Source: Octopus vulgaris (lineage: Eukaryota). Taken from it: a stretch of 64,000 nt of DNA. The stretch lies in contig OX597830.1 in assembly GCA_951406725.2 (NCBI GenBank), positions 10,912,001-10,976,000 on the forward strand, read 5' to 3'. Of this stretch, positions 41,687 to 55,986 are shown one piece after another; the stretch's first letter is position 1; every line of letters begins with the position of its first letter. The position numbers were made by a program, and so were the translations under genes. Below the pieces are notes generated by a model. That model was not told the origin of the DNA. It saw only the letters and a program-made list of their open reading frames with translations, and ran no database searches.

Positions 41687-41810
41687 TAGGTAACCTAATT
41701 AGCAGTAAGAAAAAAGTAAGAATAAAGTGAAAAAGAAATTCAGGGAGTTATTCTCTCTGCTGGTAACAAAGGGTTTCTCTTTCAGAGTGAAGGGCAGCTT
41801 GTATAATGCC
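41680..41810 (+). pseudogene. Short RTE LINE reverse transcriptase fragment
   Basis: RYLGNLISS..KKFRELFSLLVTKGFSFRVKGSLYNA. Confidence 0.65.
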
Positions 41811-42435
41811 TTTTAGGTATGCAGTATTTTGATACAGCTGTTTCAGCACCAGTTGTATGGTATCGTTGATTCGATGCTGACCTATCTGACATTAGATATT
41901 TTTAAAAAGCACCCGTTACACTCTTGGAGTGGTTGGCATTAGGAAGGGCAACCAGCTGTAGAAACCCATGCCAAATCAGACTGGGGTCTTGTGCAGCCTT
42001 CCAGTGTGCTAGCCCAAACAAACCGTCCAACCCATGCCAGCATGGACAATGGACGTTAAATGATGATAATGACAATGCTGATGAATGTTTCCTGTATTTT
42101 AATAGTAATATGCTGGAAGGGGACAGGTATGCCAAACAATAGACCCAACATTTCGTTTGTGTGTCTATGTGTCCTAAAAGGCAACTGAAAGAGGTTGGGG
42201 TAGGATTTGCTCTCTGACCTCATCACTCACTCTCACCTATAAGTCACCTCATCTCTATCGCTTATCTACCCTCATCTAGCACTTGTCCCCTTTTCTGTCA
42301 TGACTGCAGCACCTGTGTAGGAAAGAACCACACTACATCTGTCCATATTCACTCCTCCTACAACTACCAACCTTTTTATTATTAACTCTCACTCTCTCCC
42401 TCATTATTTCCTCTATATCACTGACATCTAACATA

Positions 42436-42499
<64 letters not shown>

Positions 42500-43069
42500 A
42501 TCCCTTAATGTTACTTAGTGTTAACAGTTTCCTTCACTTAAACCCTTTTTTATTGTCCCATTTATCACCATCACATTTTAATTTCATTTTATTAGCTCTT
42601 TTATCCGCATCTTGTTCGCCCTATTTTATTGCCATCAACTCTTTCATTTTAACCTCAGCGTATTTCATTCGAAATCTATTACCAGTTATTTCATTCCCTA
42701 TTTTTATTTGCCTGCCCCTACATAAGAAAGTACATAAAGAGCTTTGGTGTCAATAACGCGACTTCCTTTCTTTATGGCTTTTCCTGGGGGTAATTCAGGA
42801 CTAAAAAAGAAAAAAAGAAAAAAAGAAATGCCAATATATATATATATATATATATATAAATATGTATATGTTTGTGTGTCTGTGTTTGTTGCTCCACCAT
42901 TGCATGACAACCAATGTTGGTGTGTTTACATCCCCATAACTTAGTGGTTCGGCAAAAGAAACCAATAGAATAAGTCCTGCAGAAAGAATGTCTTGCAGTC
43001 GATTTGTTCAAGTAAAGCCGGTGCTCCAGCATGGGCGCAGTCGAATAACTGAAACAAGTAAAAGAATCT

Positions 43070-43458
43070 TTTCTACTCTAGGCACAAGGCCTGAAATTTT
43101 TGGGGGAGGGATCCAGTCATTAGATCAACCCCAGTACGCAACTGGTACTTAATTTATCAACCCTGAAAGGGTGAAAGGCAAAACCTTGGCGGAATTTGAA
43201 CTCAGAACATAAAGACAGACATAATACCTATTTCTTTATTACCCACAAGGGGGTTAAACATAGAGGAGACAAACAAGGACAAACGGATTAAGTGGATTAC
43301 ATCGACCCCATTGCGTAACTGGTACTTAATTTATCGACCCCGAAAGGATGAAAGGCAAAGACGACCTCAGTGGAATTTGAACTCAGAACGTAACAGCAGA
43401 CATAATACCACTAAGCATTTCGCCCAGTGTGTTAACAGTTCTGCCAGTTCGCTGCCTT
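43070..43458 (-). mobile_element. Family B SINE dimer
   Basis: Two tandem ctggtacttaatttatc..aaggcaaa..gaatttgaactcagaac units with one head. Confidence 0.85.
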
Positions 43459-43918
43459 GAATAAGTAAAAGAATAAATTAATGTTTTGTATCATAACAAC
43501 AAAATCTTATATTGACCACAAAGAGTCATAGGAACCCCAGTCGAAAACCTCTGCCCAAACTACAGGTCACATGTTGTCATCTCCAACATATTTAGCAGGA
43601 GGGCAGTTACTCAGGTGAACTCAAATGGACCATAACTATTCATCCGAATCATGCCAGCATGGAAAAATAGCTGTAAAATGATAATGATGGTGATGATGAT
43701 GATATATTTGTGTGTGTGTCTGTGAGGAAGTTTGAATCGATGTGCATCATCACGAGCATCATTTAATTTTCATTTTCCATGCTGGCATGGGTTGGATGGG
43801 TCAATGTGAATGTGAGTTCAGGGAACTTGTGCCCAAACACCAATGTCTGCTTTGCCAGGTTTCTATGGTTGGATACCCTTCCTTTCATTAACCACATCAT
43901 AGAGTCATCATCTTCACC

Positions 43919-44460
43919 ATCATCATCATCATCGTTTAACATCTGCTTTCCATGCTGGCATGGGTTGGGTGATTTGACTGAGGACTGGCAAGCCAGGAAG
44001 CAGCACCTGTTCTGGCAAGATTTCTACAACTAGATGCCTTTTTTAATGCCAACCACTCCAAGAGTGTAGTGGGTGCTTTTTATGTGCCACCGGTATAGGG
44101 GCCAGTCAGGTGACACTGGCATCAACCAAACTCAAATGGTGCTTTTTACATGTCACCAGCATGGGAGCCAGTCAGGCGGCACTAGTATCAACCACCCTTG
44201 AATGGTGCTTTTTACGTGTCACCAGCACAGGGGCCAGTCAGGCGATACTGGCATTGGCCACACTCAAATGGTGCTTTTTATGTGCCACCAGCACAAAGGC
44301 CAGTCAGGCAGTACTGGCATTGACCACACTCAGTGCTTTTCATGTGCCACCAGCATGGGTACCAGTCAGGTGGTACTGGCATCGGCCACAACAACAATTT
44401 CACTTGACTCAACACGACTTCTCAAGCACAACATATTGCCCAACGATTGAAGGGTACTCT
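43919..44460 (-). mobile_element. Family C SINE-like element with 6 internal repeats
   Basis: Repeated gccagtcagg..ctggcat..gtgctttt units. Confidence 0.87.
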
Positions 44461-44794
44461 TAGAGTACCGGGTGTATTTCATCTTCATATCAGCACTAGA
44501 GAGCTTGTAATGTCCTCAACACCATATTGTCTCAGCACATCCACCAACCACTTTCCTAGATGCATTTTATCATGGCACCAGCATAAGGAGGATTGCCATT
44601 CTCATGACAGGACCAAAGAATCTTCTGGATATCATATCGGTTCTGTCCATTGACCAACCACTTTAAAGAAAGTGTACAAGATGCAGTTTTGTCATGGCGC
44701 CAGCACTAGGGAGGCTGGTTTGCATCACTCACTAGGATACTGAAGGGGGATACTAAAAGCAGAGGCCACCGGATGCAGAAGGAATAAATGATAT

Positions 44795-45312
44795 GGCGGG
44801 AAGGAGGGGAGAGTGGGAGAAGGGAGAGAAAAGTGAGAGAAGGGGGAAGTGAGATGGAGGGATGTTGGGAAGGGTGGAGAGGGAAGGAGAGGGGGAGTGA
44901 AGGAAGGGAGAGTGATGAACGGGAAGAGGGGGAGGAGAGTGGAGAACAAAATAGAGGAAGGGAGATAGGGAAGGAGGGAGAGAAGAGACACAGAGAGGAA
45001 GAGGGAGAGAAGGGAGAGAGTGAGAGAAAAAAGGGGGAGGGAGGGAGAAGAAGAAAGAGAGAGAAGTAGGAGAGAGAATGGGAGAGAGAGAGGAAGGAGG
45101 GAGAAGAGAGAGGGAGGGAGAGAGAGAAGAAGAAGAGGGAGAGAGAGAAGAAGAGTGAGAGAGAGAAGAAGAGGGAGAGAGAGAGAGAGAGAGAGAGAGA
45201 AGAAGAGGGAGAGAGAGAAGAAGGGGAGAACGAATAAGAAGGAGAGAGAGGAGAAGAGACGTTATATGTTTGAAAGGTTTCCTGGTTGGAGGCAGAGAGA
45301 GAGAGAGAGAAA
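44795..45312. repeat. GA-rich polypurine tract
   Basis: Directly visible. Confidence 0.9.
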
Positions 45313-45563
45313 GAGTAAGTGGTTTAATTAGGGCTTTAAAATGTGAGGCCCCACAGATGAACAGTGATGTCGAATAATGACACATGTTGCTGTGCTGTGC
45401 TGCAGACCCGCCCTGCTGATGCCAGCATGGGAAACAGATGTTAAGCCATAGGGGTGCCATGCAAGATCAACGATGACAAAGATGGCGAGGAGAGAGACTG
45501 CTTCTCCACAAGCAACAGAGCACAAAAAAACATGCAAAGGCATAAGTTGAATCTATGAATATA

Positions 45564-45624
<61 letters not shown>

Positions 45625-46022
45625 TATATTCTATATGATAGAAAGATACATACATGCATACATAAGCATATAATACATATGTGTGTATACATGCATGAAT
45701 ATATATACATGCATACATATATATACACATATACATACATATATATACACACACACACATATATATATATACACATACATATATATATATATATATAAAT
45801 ATATATATATACACATACATATATATATACACATATACATATATATACATATATATGTATACATATACATGCACATACATACATATACATATACACACAT
45901 ACATACATACAGACGCACACACACACATATACACATACATATTATACACTCACACACGTATGTATGTATGTACACACATGCACACAGAGATTACAATAAC
46001 TGTATTTCTTTTAAACTCCATG

Positions 46023-46090
<68 letters not shown>

Positions 46091-46703
46091 ATGCACTTAT
46101 GAAACACAGAAGATAGTGAACAATCAGTTCATGAGTTAGAAGTTCCTATTCCCTGACTGCCTATGAATCCTGGCCCTCAATGGAGCACTCATGCCTTTAG
46201 GCACCAATTCAATTAAATGTGAAGAATATTTACCAAATTTTCTTGGAATTTGATAAGCAAGATACAACACTATTGTCTCATCCCAGAGCATGATTATTTC
46301 TCATCCATTTAAAGCTGCACAATCTCCAAGCAAGCTATATCATCTTTGCCATAATCATTTTGTTTCCATAATCATTTTGGTCAATATCAAAGGCTTTCCA
46401 GCTCTGACCATCCCATTCAGAATTTCTAGGGGGTTTTTTTTTCTGTTTTTAAATCGTGGCATAGACATTAACAGAATTATGTTTCTTGAGAAACTTCAGG
46501 CAATGGCATTCACACAGCACAAACTTTTAGTAAATAGGGAAAGGAAATGAGTTCTTGCGGATACTAAGGAAATGGTGATGCTTGATGCACAGAAAGAAAG
46601 TAGGTGTGAATCCTATATGATGTACCTAATGTAAAAAACATCCAGTCCATTCTGTAAAGTGGTTGGTATTTGGAAAGGCTATGTGCCATAGAAGCTAGGT
46701 TAA

Positions 46704-46925
46704 CCCTTTCGTTACCAACCCAGCTGAAACCAGCTCTGGCTCTGTAGTACAAATGTCTTGTTTTCATAAGTTTTGAATTAAAATCTTTCACCAAACCTTA
46801 GTCACAATTTATATACTTAACACTAGTTGAATGATAACTGAGTTATTTTACTAAATTCTTTGTTATATTTAAAATTAATTGAACAAAACACAGAGCATCT
46901 CAATAGAAATACAGTAACGAAAGGG
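46704..46925. mobile_element. piggyBac-like MITE (222 bp)
   Basis: TTAA target duplication on both sides; TIR ccctttcgttac/gtaacgaaaggg. Confidence 0.9.
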
Positions 46926-48037
46926 TTAAGCTCCAACTTTAAACTGCTAGAGCTCATAATAGACTTAATATCATGCAGGCCATCCCAATTTAGCACAGTC
47001 TTCAGCAGACATTCCTCTCAATTTAAAATGCAGGTACCCCTCACTGATATTGTGTACAGCTCAAACAATCATTCCATAGGCCTCAAAAAAGCCTCTGTAA
47101 AATAGTGTTACAAGATGTTTTCTTTTGTGGTTGTTCCCTGATGCTTGTGGAGAATGAAAATGTTTTTCTAGGGTTCTCGTGAACAATTAGCAGAAGCTTT
47201 ATTTATTGCACAGGGTGTTTTCTATGTTGGTCTTTGGGTGAAGAGTAAAAACAACAATTTGTACACACTGGGAGAGACATACTTCTGGAGTCTGTGACAA
47301 AATAGCTGGTACATATCAATCTGAGACCAGCCCATCACAACTGGGAAAATAACCATGCTAAATTCATGACAGCAAAGTCTGAATCTTCTATTTGCCTGGC
47401 TGGTGAATGCAAAATGAGAATAGAGTAGTTTTGGCAACTGCCTCGACATTCTGAAGTTACAACCAAAAATCCACCTTTTCATAAGGCATGAGCCTTATGA
47501 AAAGGCTAGAAGATCCTAGGAAATGAAATCAAATCACATGATGGCTTGATGCTGATTGGTCAGTTAATCAACCAATGACATGAAACAATAGTGATCTCAA
47601 GTGGCATCTGTATGGCTTTTCAATTCAGTTTTGAATCTGCTACAAAGGTTTTGAAAACAGAATTTGAGAAGGTATTTCCCCAAAACAGCTTTTTTTTTTT
47701 TTTACCAAATCCTTCTTTAGCCAAATTTGCTACAAATCTCTGATATTCAAAACTTATGTTTGTTCTAACTCATAGAACTTGATCTCTAACTGATACAGTG
47801 TAATTTGGCTGTTATTAAACTGAAATTCAAGTTCACCCATGTACAGTCCACTGTGCCAGCTGGGTGGCTCATTGGTACAAAAATCTGGTTTCTTTTTAGA
47901 CAGACCTCACACCTTGTTTTCATGCAAAATAATTTTAATAAGTAAAATGTGTGTGAATGTCCATTTTCATATATTCCTAAGTATCATATCTCTATATGAA
48001 TGTGAGTGTTTGTGTGTACATACATAGACACACACAT

Positions 48038-48072
<35 letters not shown>

Positions 48073-49016
48073 CACACACACATACAAATAGTGAATAGGT
48101 GTGATGAAGAAGTTTCTCTCCATGTACTGAAAAATATCAAAAGAAGGAAAATGCACAGAAATTTTATATTGAACAAAATACATTTTTATGAAATAAAATA
48201 TTCACATAGTTGACCGGTTTCAATTGTGCTAATCATGACTTAGAAGTTAGTGATAATGTTACAATTTCATGCTCTCGTAAGAAATTTCCATTACGTTAAG
48301 AGGAGGAAGGACGCACACACAAACAAAGCAATGTCAAAGCAGACATTGGCACATGATTCCAAAACCATGTGATTCTGTCAAATTGTACCCATGCTAGCAA
48401 TGAATGTGTGCGGAGAACAACATACATGTACGTACTTATATATCTTTAGTATGTAATATTTACCTGACTTAGTGGAGTACACTAAACATTTATGTGGATC
48501 ATGTTTTTTTATTTTATTTAACACATTTGCAAAACTAAAGAAACAAGACACAAGATTAATTTTCTTATGAATTTTTATTTTTGTTTGTTTGAACATCTCT
48601 ACTTCTAAAGATAAGCAGGCTTTCTACCATTCAGTATGAGATGAGAAAGTTCAATGCATACATGTATATATACTTATATACATACATACATACATACATA
48701 CATGTATGTGTGTGTATACATGTGTGTGTGTATACATATGTATACACACACATAATTTATGATTTACTTTATATATGCATATATCTATATACCTATATAC
48801 ATATATCTACATATATATATATATGTACATATACATGCATCCATATATATATGTATATATATATAAATGCATATACATGCATCTATATATATATATGCAT
48901 ATACATACATCTACATATATATATATATGCACATACATACATCTACACATATATATGTGCATATACATACATCTACATACATACATGCATACATATGTGC
49001 ATATACATACATCTAC

Positions 49017-49052
<36 letters not shown>

Positions 49053-50959
49053 ACATATGTGTGTGTGTGTATATATACATCTACATATGTATATATATAC
49101 ATATATATATATATATAAATATATATATGTATATATATACATATATATAAATATATATATACATGCCTGTAATCTTCATTTATATATATGTATGTATTCA
49201 TACATATATATGTATATACATGGATGTTAAACAACAATGACAAATGTATGAACATTTGTCTGTATGTATATATGTATGTAACTTGACTTGTATGATCATG
49301 CAGCCACAACATTCCTCGTTAATATTCACTTGATTACAAATTAGCTTCAAGCCGTTTTTTTTCCCTAGCATGTACTCATTCTAAAATACCCCAGCTTGAT
49401 CACAGCTGGTAAAATGAGCCTTTCGCTTCTTTTTAAGCAGAAAATTCTGAAAGGAAAATATTTCGTATTTTTACTTCTTCAAAACATTATTTTTTTAAAG
49501 TACGTTACAAACAAACCGACTGGAAATAATACCATAAAAACAAAAAAACAAAAAAACATAGTTGCATGATACTTATCCAGTCAGTATAACTAATCATATA
49601 TACAGGGCATGGTTTCTGGTGTTTTAGGTAAATTAAAGAAATTTGGTTAAAATATCTGTATGAAAATTTATCACAATACATTCCACTGACACAATCATTC
49701 TTTATTCTATTCTCTACCCTAACGCTCTTTTCTGAGTTCAAAAGGAATATTCATGTATCTACTCTCTAGCAGGAGACCTGCTCCTGTTCCTCTATACCTC
49801 AAATCTCTCATCACTTGGCACAAAACCACCCCACCTTCCTCACTACTACTCCATCCTTGCAGCTGGGGTTTTTTTTTGCTTTTTTCTGTCTTGCTAAATA
49901 ATTGGTGACTTTGTCAGTGCTGGTGCCACATAAAAAGCACCTGGGTCACTCTGTGAATTAGTTGGCATTAGGAAGAGCATCCAGCTGTAGAAACCATGCC
50001 AAAACAGAAAGCAGGGTCTGGTGTGGGCCCCTGTCTTTTACCATCTCTGGTCAAACTGGCAAATCCATGCAGCTTGGAAAACAAACATTAAATGATGAAG
50101 ATGATGACGACGCTGATATGAACTCAGAAAAATATTGGTATATGCAATTGAAATAGCATTAAATTAAAATTGCCATTTGTGAATGAAAACTAAGTGTACA
50201 CACACACTTAGAAGGCATGATGCTGTGAATTGCCTGAGATAAAATCTCTTTATAGATTTGTTGTTTTTGATATCATTCCTGCAGTGAGTCACAAGAATGA
50301 CAGACATGTTTCATCTTTGTTGAGGCTTGTCAATGTTATGCACTCAACTGTCACCAGCTTAAATGAAACTTCTGCATTGATATATAGGATAAAGTAAATA
50401 AAACATTTACTGATATTGCAAAAGTTAGCTGGGCTGAAGAAAAATTCTGTATATGCAATTGAGACACTATTTGACTAAAATTGCAATCTATGTGTCACAC
50501 TAAATGTATATAGGCCTTTACAAGACATGATGCTGTGGAATTAACCGAGATAAAATCTCCTCATAGACTTGTGCTGTAAATACAATATACATTGAAGTGT
50601 GGTGAACATCATTGTTGCAGTGACTCACAAAAGCAAAATGTGTTTTGCCTTTGTTGAAGTTTATTAGTGTCGTGCACTTCATTGTCACCTTCTTAAATGA
50701 AATTCATGCTTTGATATTTAGGAAGTAGTGAAAACAATATGTAGCTGTATGGCCACAAAGCTTGCCTCCCAGCTACCTGGCTCTCGGCTCAGTGTCACAG
50801 CATGGCACCTTGGGCAAGTGTCTTTTACTATATATTCTCAGGTCAACCAAAGCCTTCTGAGTGGATTTGGTAGATGGAAACTGAAAGAAGCCTGTCTTAG
50901 AAAGAACCTTTTCTTCACCCATTCCCTTCAGGTCATTTCAAAATGTAACTACAAGTGGA

Positions 50960-51165
50960 TCATTGGCAATTTTTACCTCCATCTTCCTCTTCTCTTGGAC
51001 TTTCCTCTGTCTCCTGTTTCTGAAGAAGAGCTTTGCTTGAAACGTAAAACCACCCTTCTTTCCTTCCCGAGCGTCTGCTAATACTTTACATATACCACAT
51101 CCTTGCATTGTTGTTTTTTCTTGTATTTTTCTTCATTTTTTTTTTTTAGATTAATTATATATAAA
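50960..51165 (+). mobile_element. Probable Penelope-like terminal-repeat remnant
   Basis: Pyrimidine-rich block containing a hammerhead fold and ending in (TA)n. Confidence 0.5.
51016..51050 (+). ncRNA. Minimal type-I hammerhead ribozyme fold
   Basis: GUUU-CUGAAGA-A-GAGC(UUU)GCUU-GAAA-CG-UA-AAAC: 4-bp stem I, stem II closed by G-U, palindromic ACGU stem III, GUA cleavage triplet. Confidence 0.62.
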
Positions 51166-51187
51166 TAAATATATATATATATATGTA

Positions 51188-51449
51188 TCATCATCATCAT
51201 TGTTGTTTAATGTTCGCTTTCCATGCTGGCATAGGTTGGACGGTTTGACTGGGAACTGGTGAACCAGAGGCTGCACCAGGTTCAATCTGATCTGGCAAAG
51301 TTTCTACAGCTGGATGCCCTTCCTAACACCAACCACTCCAAGAGTGTAGTGGGTGCTTTTATGTGCCACCAGCACAAGGGCCAGTCAAGCGGTTCTGGCA
51401 ATGACCATGCTCAAAAGGTGTATTTTATGTGCTACCTGCATGGGAGCCA
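51188..51449 (-). mobile_element. Family C SINE-like element
   Basis: Same motifs as other family C copies. Confidence 0.85.
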
Positions 51450-52199
51450 AATATGTATGTATGTATGTATGTATGTATGCATACAACCAGTTACGTTGTC
51501 AAGGTTACAGCAACTGTCATGTGACAATGAGGAAGCAAACTTATTAAAAAATAGCAGTTATTTCTCACTGAAATCACAATCTTCAAAAAAATAAATAAAT
51601 AAAGATGTGATAGGGAGTACCCTCTACTAGAGGGGCATGTATACAAGTGAAGTGGTACAGAAGACTAAATAGGGTGAATGAGGAAGTAAGTCCATAAGAG
51701 TGTAAATGAAGGGCAGGCAATGGAGAGAAGGAGGGTTCAGAAAGTGAACTCAGGTGGAGAGAGGGTGTTAGGAAGATGGGTTGTGGAGTGGAGATTTGTC
51801 GGGGACAGGCAGAAAAACGGTGATTCACCAACTATTTACTACAACAGTCGACTTAATCATTTCACCAAACTTTAAACAGTGTGTCACTCTGTAACGAAAC
51901 AGATTGTGTTGTGGAATAATCTGGGAAAGAATTTCAAGATGTACTGTCTCACGTTTTCAAGATATGAGCCTTGTTTGGTGAATGTGACAAAACAAGGTGT
52001 CCAATCGTAAGAGACTATCAAAAGAAAATTTATTGGAAGGAAACAAAACGAAGAAAACGCAAAAAAACCCAGGATATCAGTAAAGGGAACGTCAAGTTGA
52101 AATGTTGAGAATATTGAAATAGTTTAAGAACATTCTTGGGGGATGGGGAGCAGGGGAGGGGTAATGTGCATCTGTGTGTGTGAGAAAGAGAGATTGAGA

Positions 52200-52239
<40 letters not shown>

Positions 52240-52398
52240 GGAATTATCTGTAAGTATACATATTAAATTGTAGGGTATATGCTCAACTGAAGTACATGTG
52301 TGTGTATATGCTTGTGTATGTATGCATGTGCATAGCCTTATACGTTTAGAAACACAAAATATACACGCTTATATACGTATATACATACAGATATACAC

Positions 52399-52438
<40 letters not shown>

Positions 52439-52519
52439 GTATGTACACACACACATATATATATATATATAACACATAAACATGCATATGTGTGTGTGTG
52501 TGTGTGTGTGTGTGTATAC

Positions 52520-52550
<31 letters not shown>

Positions 52551-53077
52551 CATACACACACAAACATACAGACATATATATATACATACATACATATTTA
52601 TATATATATATGTATATATATATATACATATATATATACACATACATACATATATCTATATGTATATATACATATATACATACATATATATATATATACA
52701 TATACATACATACATACATATATATATATATACATATACATACATACATACATATATATATACATATACATACATACATACATATATATATACATACATA
52801 TATATATATATGCATATACATACATATATATATATATATATACATATATACATATATATATATATATGCATACATATATATATATAGGCATACATATATA
52901 TATATATATATAGGCATACATATATATATATAGGCATACATATATATATATATATATATAGGCATACATATATATATACATACAGATATATATACACATA
53001 TATATATGCAAATATACATGCATACGTACATACATATATACACATATGCATACATACATATATATATGCATACATAC

Positions 53078-53114
<37 letters not shown>

Positions 53115-53651
53115 CATACATATATATATGCATACATACATATATATATATGCATACACATACACACACACACACGATAGCACATATAGATAGATAGATT
53201 GTTTACTTATGTTGCAAGTACCCCACCAGCTGTGAGCCACCTGTTATTTATAAGTATTATATAACTAAATGGGGGAAAAAAATCACACGATTTAAATAAA
53301 CGAGGCTTGATGAAACAAACCTCTGAAAAATTATCTTGAAACCAAAGTTGTTTGTTCGTCAACCTAAAGCATCATCAGGTTGCAAATTTAACTCCCAAAA
53401 TTGTCCCAAAACAAAACTAAGCATGTTCTAAAAGCATAACATACTTTGTTATGTTAAAAGCATTTGTACAACACTTGGGTATCATACTAAGGATTCATAC
53501 ACGATTGTCACACTTCTAGTTGTGATCGTTAAATGTTCCATGGGATGCACTGATATAGTGTAAACTTATTTGAAGTATTTAAATGTTTGGTAACTTAGAC
53601 TTGGTTATATAAAGAACTAGCTTAAAATCCACGCTCCATGCAGACTTTTAA

Positions 53652-53873
53652 CCCTTTCGTTACTGTATTTCTATTGAGATGCTCTGTGTTTCTTTTAATT
53701 GATTTTAAATATAACAAAGAATTTAGTAAAATAACTTAGTTATCATTAAGCTAGTATCAGGAACATAAATTGTGACAAAGGTTTGGTGGAAGATTTTAAT
53801 TCAAAACTTATGAAAACAAGACATTTATACTATAGAGCCAGAGCTGGTTTCAGCCAGGTTAGTATCAAAAGGG
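53652..53873. mobile_element. piggyBac-like MITE
   Basis: TTAA-CCCTTT..AAAGGG-TTAA; reverse orientation relative to 46704-46925. Confidence 0.9.
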
Positions 53874-53904
53874 TTAAGGATAGTTTCTCTATTATATATT
53901 TTAA

Positions 53905-54126
53905 CCCTTTTTGTTACCATATTTCTATTGAGATGCTCTGTGTTTCTTTCAATTACTTTAAAGATAACAAAAAATTTAGTAAAATAACTTAGTTATCATT
54001 CAGCTAGTGTTAGGAACATAAATTGTGACTAAGGTTTGGAGGAAGATTTTAATTCAAAACTTATGTAAACAAGACATTTATACTACAGAGCCAGAGCCAG
54101 TTTCAGCCGGGTTGGTAACAAAAGGG
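53905..54126. mobile_element. piggyBac-like MITE (second adjacent copy)
   Basis: TTAA-CCCTTT..AAAGGG-TTAA, same orientation as 53652-53873. Confidence 0.9.
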
Positions 54127-54700
54127 TTAAGCTAGCTCCTGCAGATGGCTAATTGGGCGTTTGGCCCAAAGCTAAATGGATCTAAATAGCATGACTATAA
54201 ACCATCTATAATGACTATATGACCCTTGGTGTTTGATCAGGGGTTAAGGACGGATGAGAATTAATTCTTGTAATGCCATCATTCTATTGTTCCAGTCCCA
54301 AGTTGAATTCCAACTGTTGGCCAATTTGTCCCAAAGTTCTTTCCTCAATATAAAATTAACGAAGCGAATGTCATTTATCTCTTCACTTGACCTCTGACAT
54401 CATCTGACAAACACCAACCAAGATGGCATGAATCAGGCAAGCTTTACCTGCTAGAAATAGCAACCCAAATGCTTTTAAATCAGATCCCAATGCTGGATGT
54501 TCAAAAACCAAATGAAGGGCAAAGTTTTTAATCCTGGGATCATCCTGATTCCAAAAAGGTATAATATGTCTATGTAGAGCAAATATAGACTGAGACACAG
54601 GGGTCCCGGACGGACAGACAGACAGAATTTCACTTTTATTATAATGGATGTGTAGCCAATATGAGGTGGAAAGCTTGAGAGCTTATCTGTTACCCTTTTA

Positions 54701-55098
54701 TCCTTTACTTGTTTCAGTTTTTAGACTGTGGCCATGCTGGGGCACTTCCTTGAAGAAATTTTAGCCAAATGAGTTGACCCCAGTACTTAGTTTTTTTAAA
54801 GTACGGTGCTTAATTTATTCCCCTCTTTTGCTGAACTGCTAAGTTACAGGGATGTAAACACACCAACACCGGTTGTCAGGCAATGGTGGGGGACAAAGCA
54901 CAGCCACAAACACACACACACACACACATATATACGATGGGCTTCTTTCAGTTTCCTTCTACTAAATCCACCCACAAGAGTTTGGCTGGCCTGAGGCTAT
55001 GATAGAAGACACTTGCCCAAGGTGCCGTGCAATGGGACTGAACCCATGACTAATGTGGTTGGGAAGCAAACTTCTTACCACACAGCCACCCCTGCACC
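54701..55098 (-). mobile_element. Family A SINE
   Basis: Same motifs as other family A copies. Confidence 0.88.
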
Positions 55099-55462
55099 TT
55101 AAGTAGCTTAACGGACTTAATTTTGACAGGGGTTTGTTTATGAGTAAAGGAGTCACAATTTTATAGGTTTGAGATTGCTATCATCATCATCACCATTACC
55201 ATCATCATCATTTTAATATCTATTTTCTATGCTTGCATGGGTGAGATGAGATCTATTGAAGCAGATTTTTCAATGGGTTTCTTGTCACTGACCATGTCTA
55301 ATATATTCCTCTGGACCCAACATGTTTTCATGGAAGACTGCAAATAAACACCACCACATGTATAATAGTGAAGCATGTGTATAGTTTGCACCAAAATTTA
55401 AGAACTCACACAGATATATACATACATACATACATTGATACATACACACATATGTATGTATG

Positions 55463-55748
55463 TATTCGTATTCATACCAATAATAATTGGAGCACTAGGT
55501 TTTGTTAGTAAATGCTTAAAGGAAAATCTGGATAAACTGGGATTTTCAGAAGGAGAAACTGGCCGGCTGATTCGTACATTACAAGTGCAATCTGTGAGGG
55601 GAACAGTAAAAATATGCAAGACTTTTCTCACGTTCTAAATGTGAATTTGTTTGTGTTAACTACATCCCAAAGATGGAGCTTTGTATCTTTGTTGGAAACT
55701 GGCTCCTTCCTCAGAGGAAGATTTATAATAATAAGGAAAATAGAAGAT
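55463..55748 (+). mobile_element. 5'-truncated restriction-like-endonuclease LINE in a (TACA)n tract
   Basis: FVFIPIIIGALGFVSKCLKENLDKLG..LQVQSVRGTVKICKTFLTF*, a short 3' UTR, then (TACA)n. Confidence 0.75.
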
Positions 55749-55986
55749 ACATACATACACACATACATACATACAAACATACATACACACATACATTCAC
55801 ACACACAAATTTGACTCTTGTCTACCAAAGTAATTCATAAGGTTTTGGTCTAAATGAAAGAATAGTAACAAAACACTTGCCCCATGGTGGTATGCAGTGG
55901 GACTGAACCCAAAACCACATGGTTACAAAGTGAACCTCTTAACCATACCACTACGCCTCCACAATCAATATTATGGTGATCTGTAA

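Noticed and set aside
53300-53385. CTGATGA on the minus strand near a short inverted repeat
   Set aside because: No stem II followed by GAAA.
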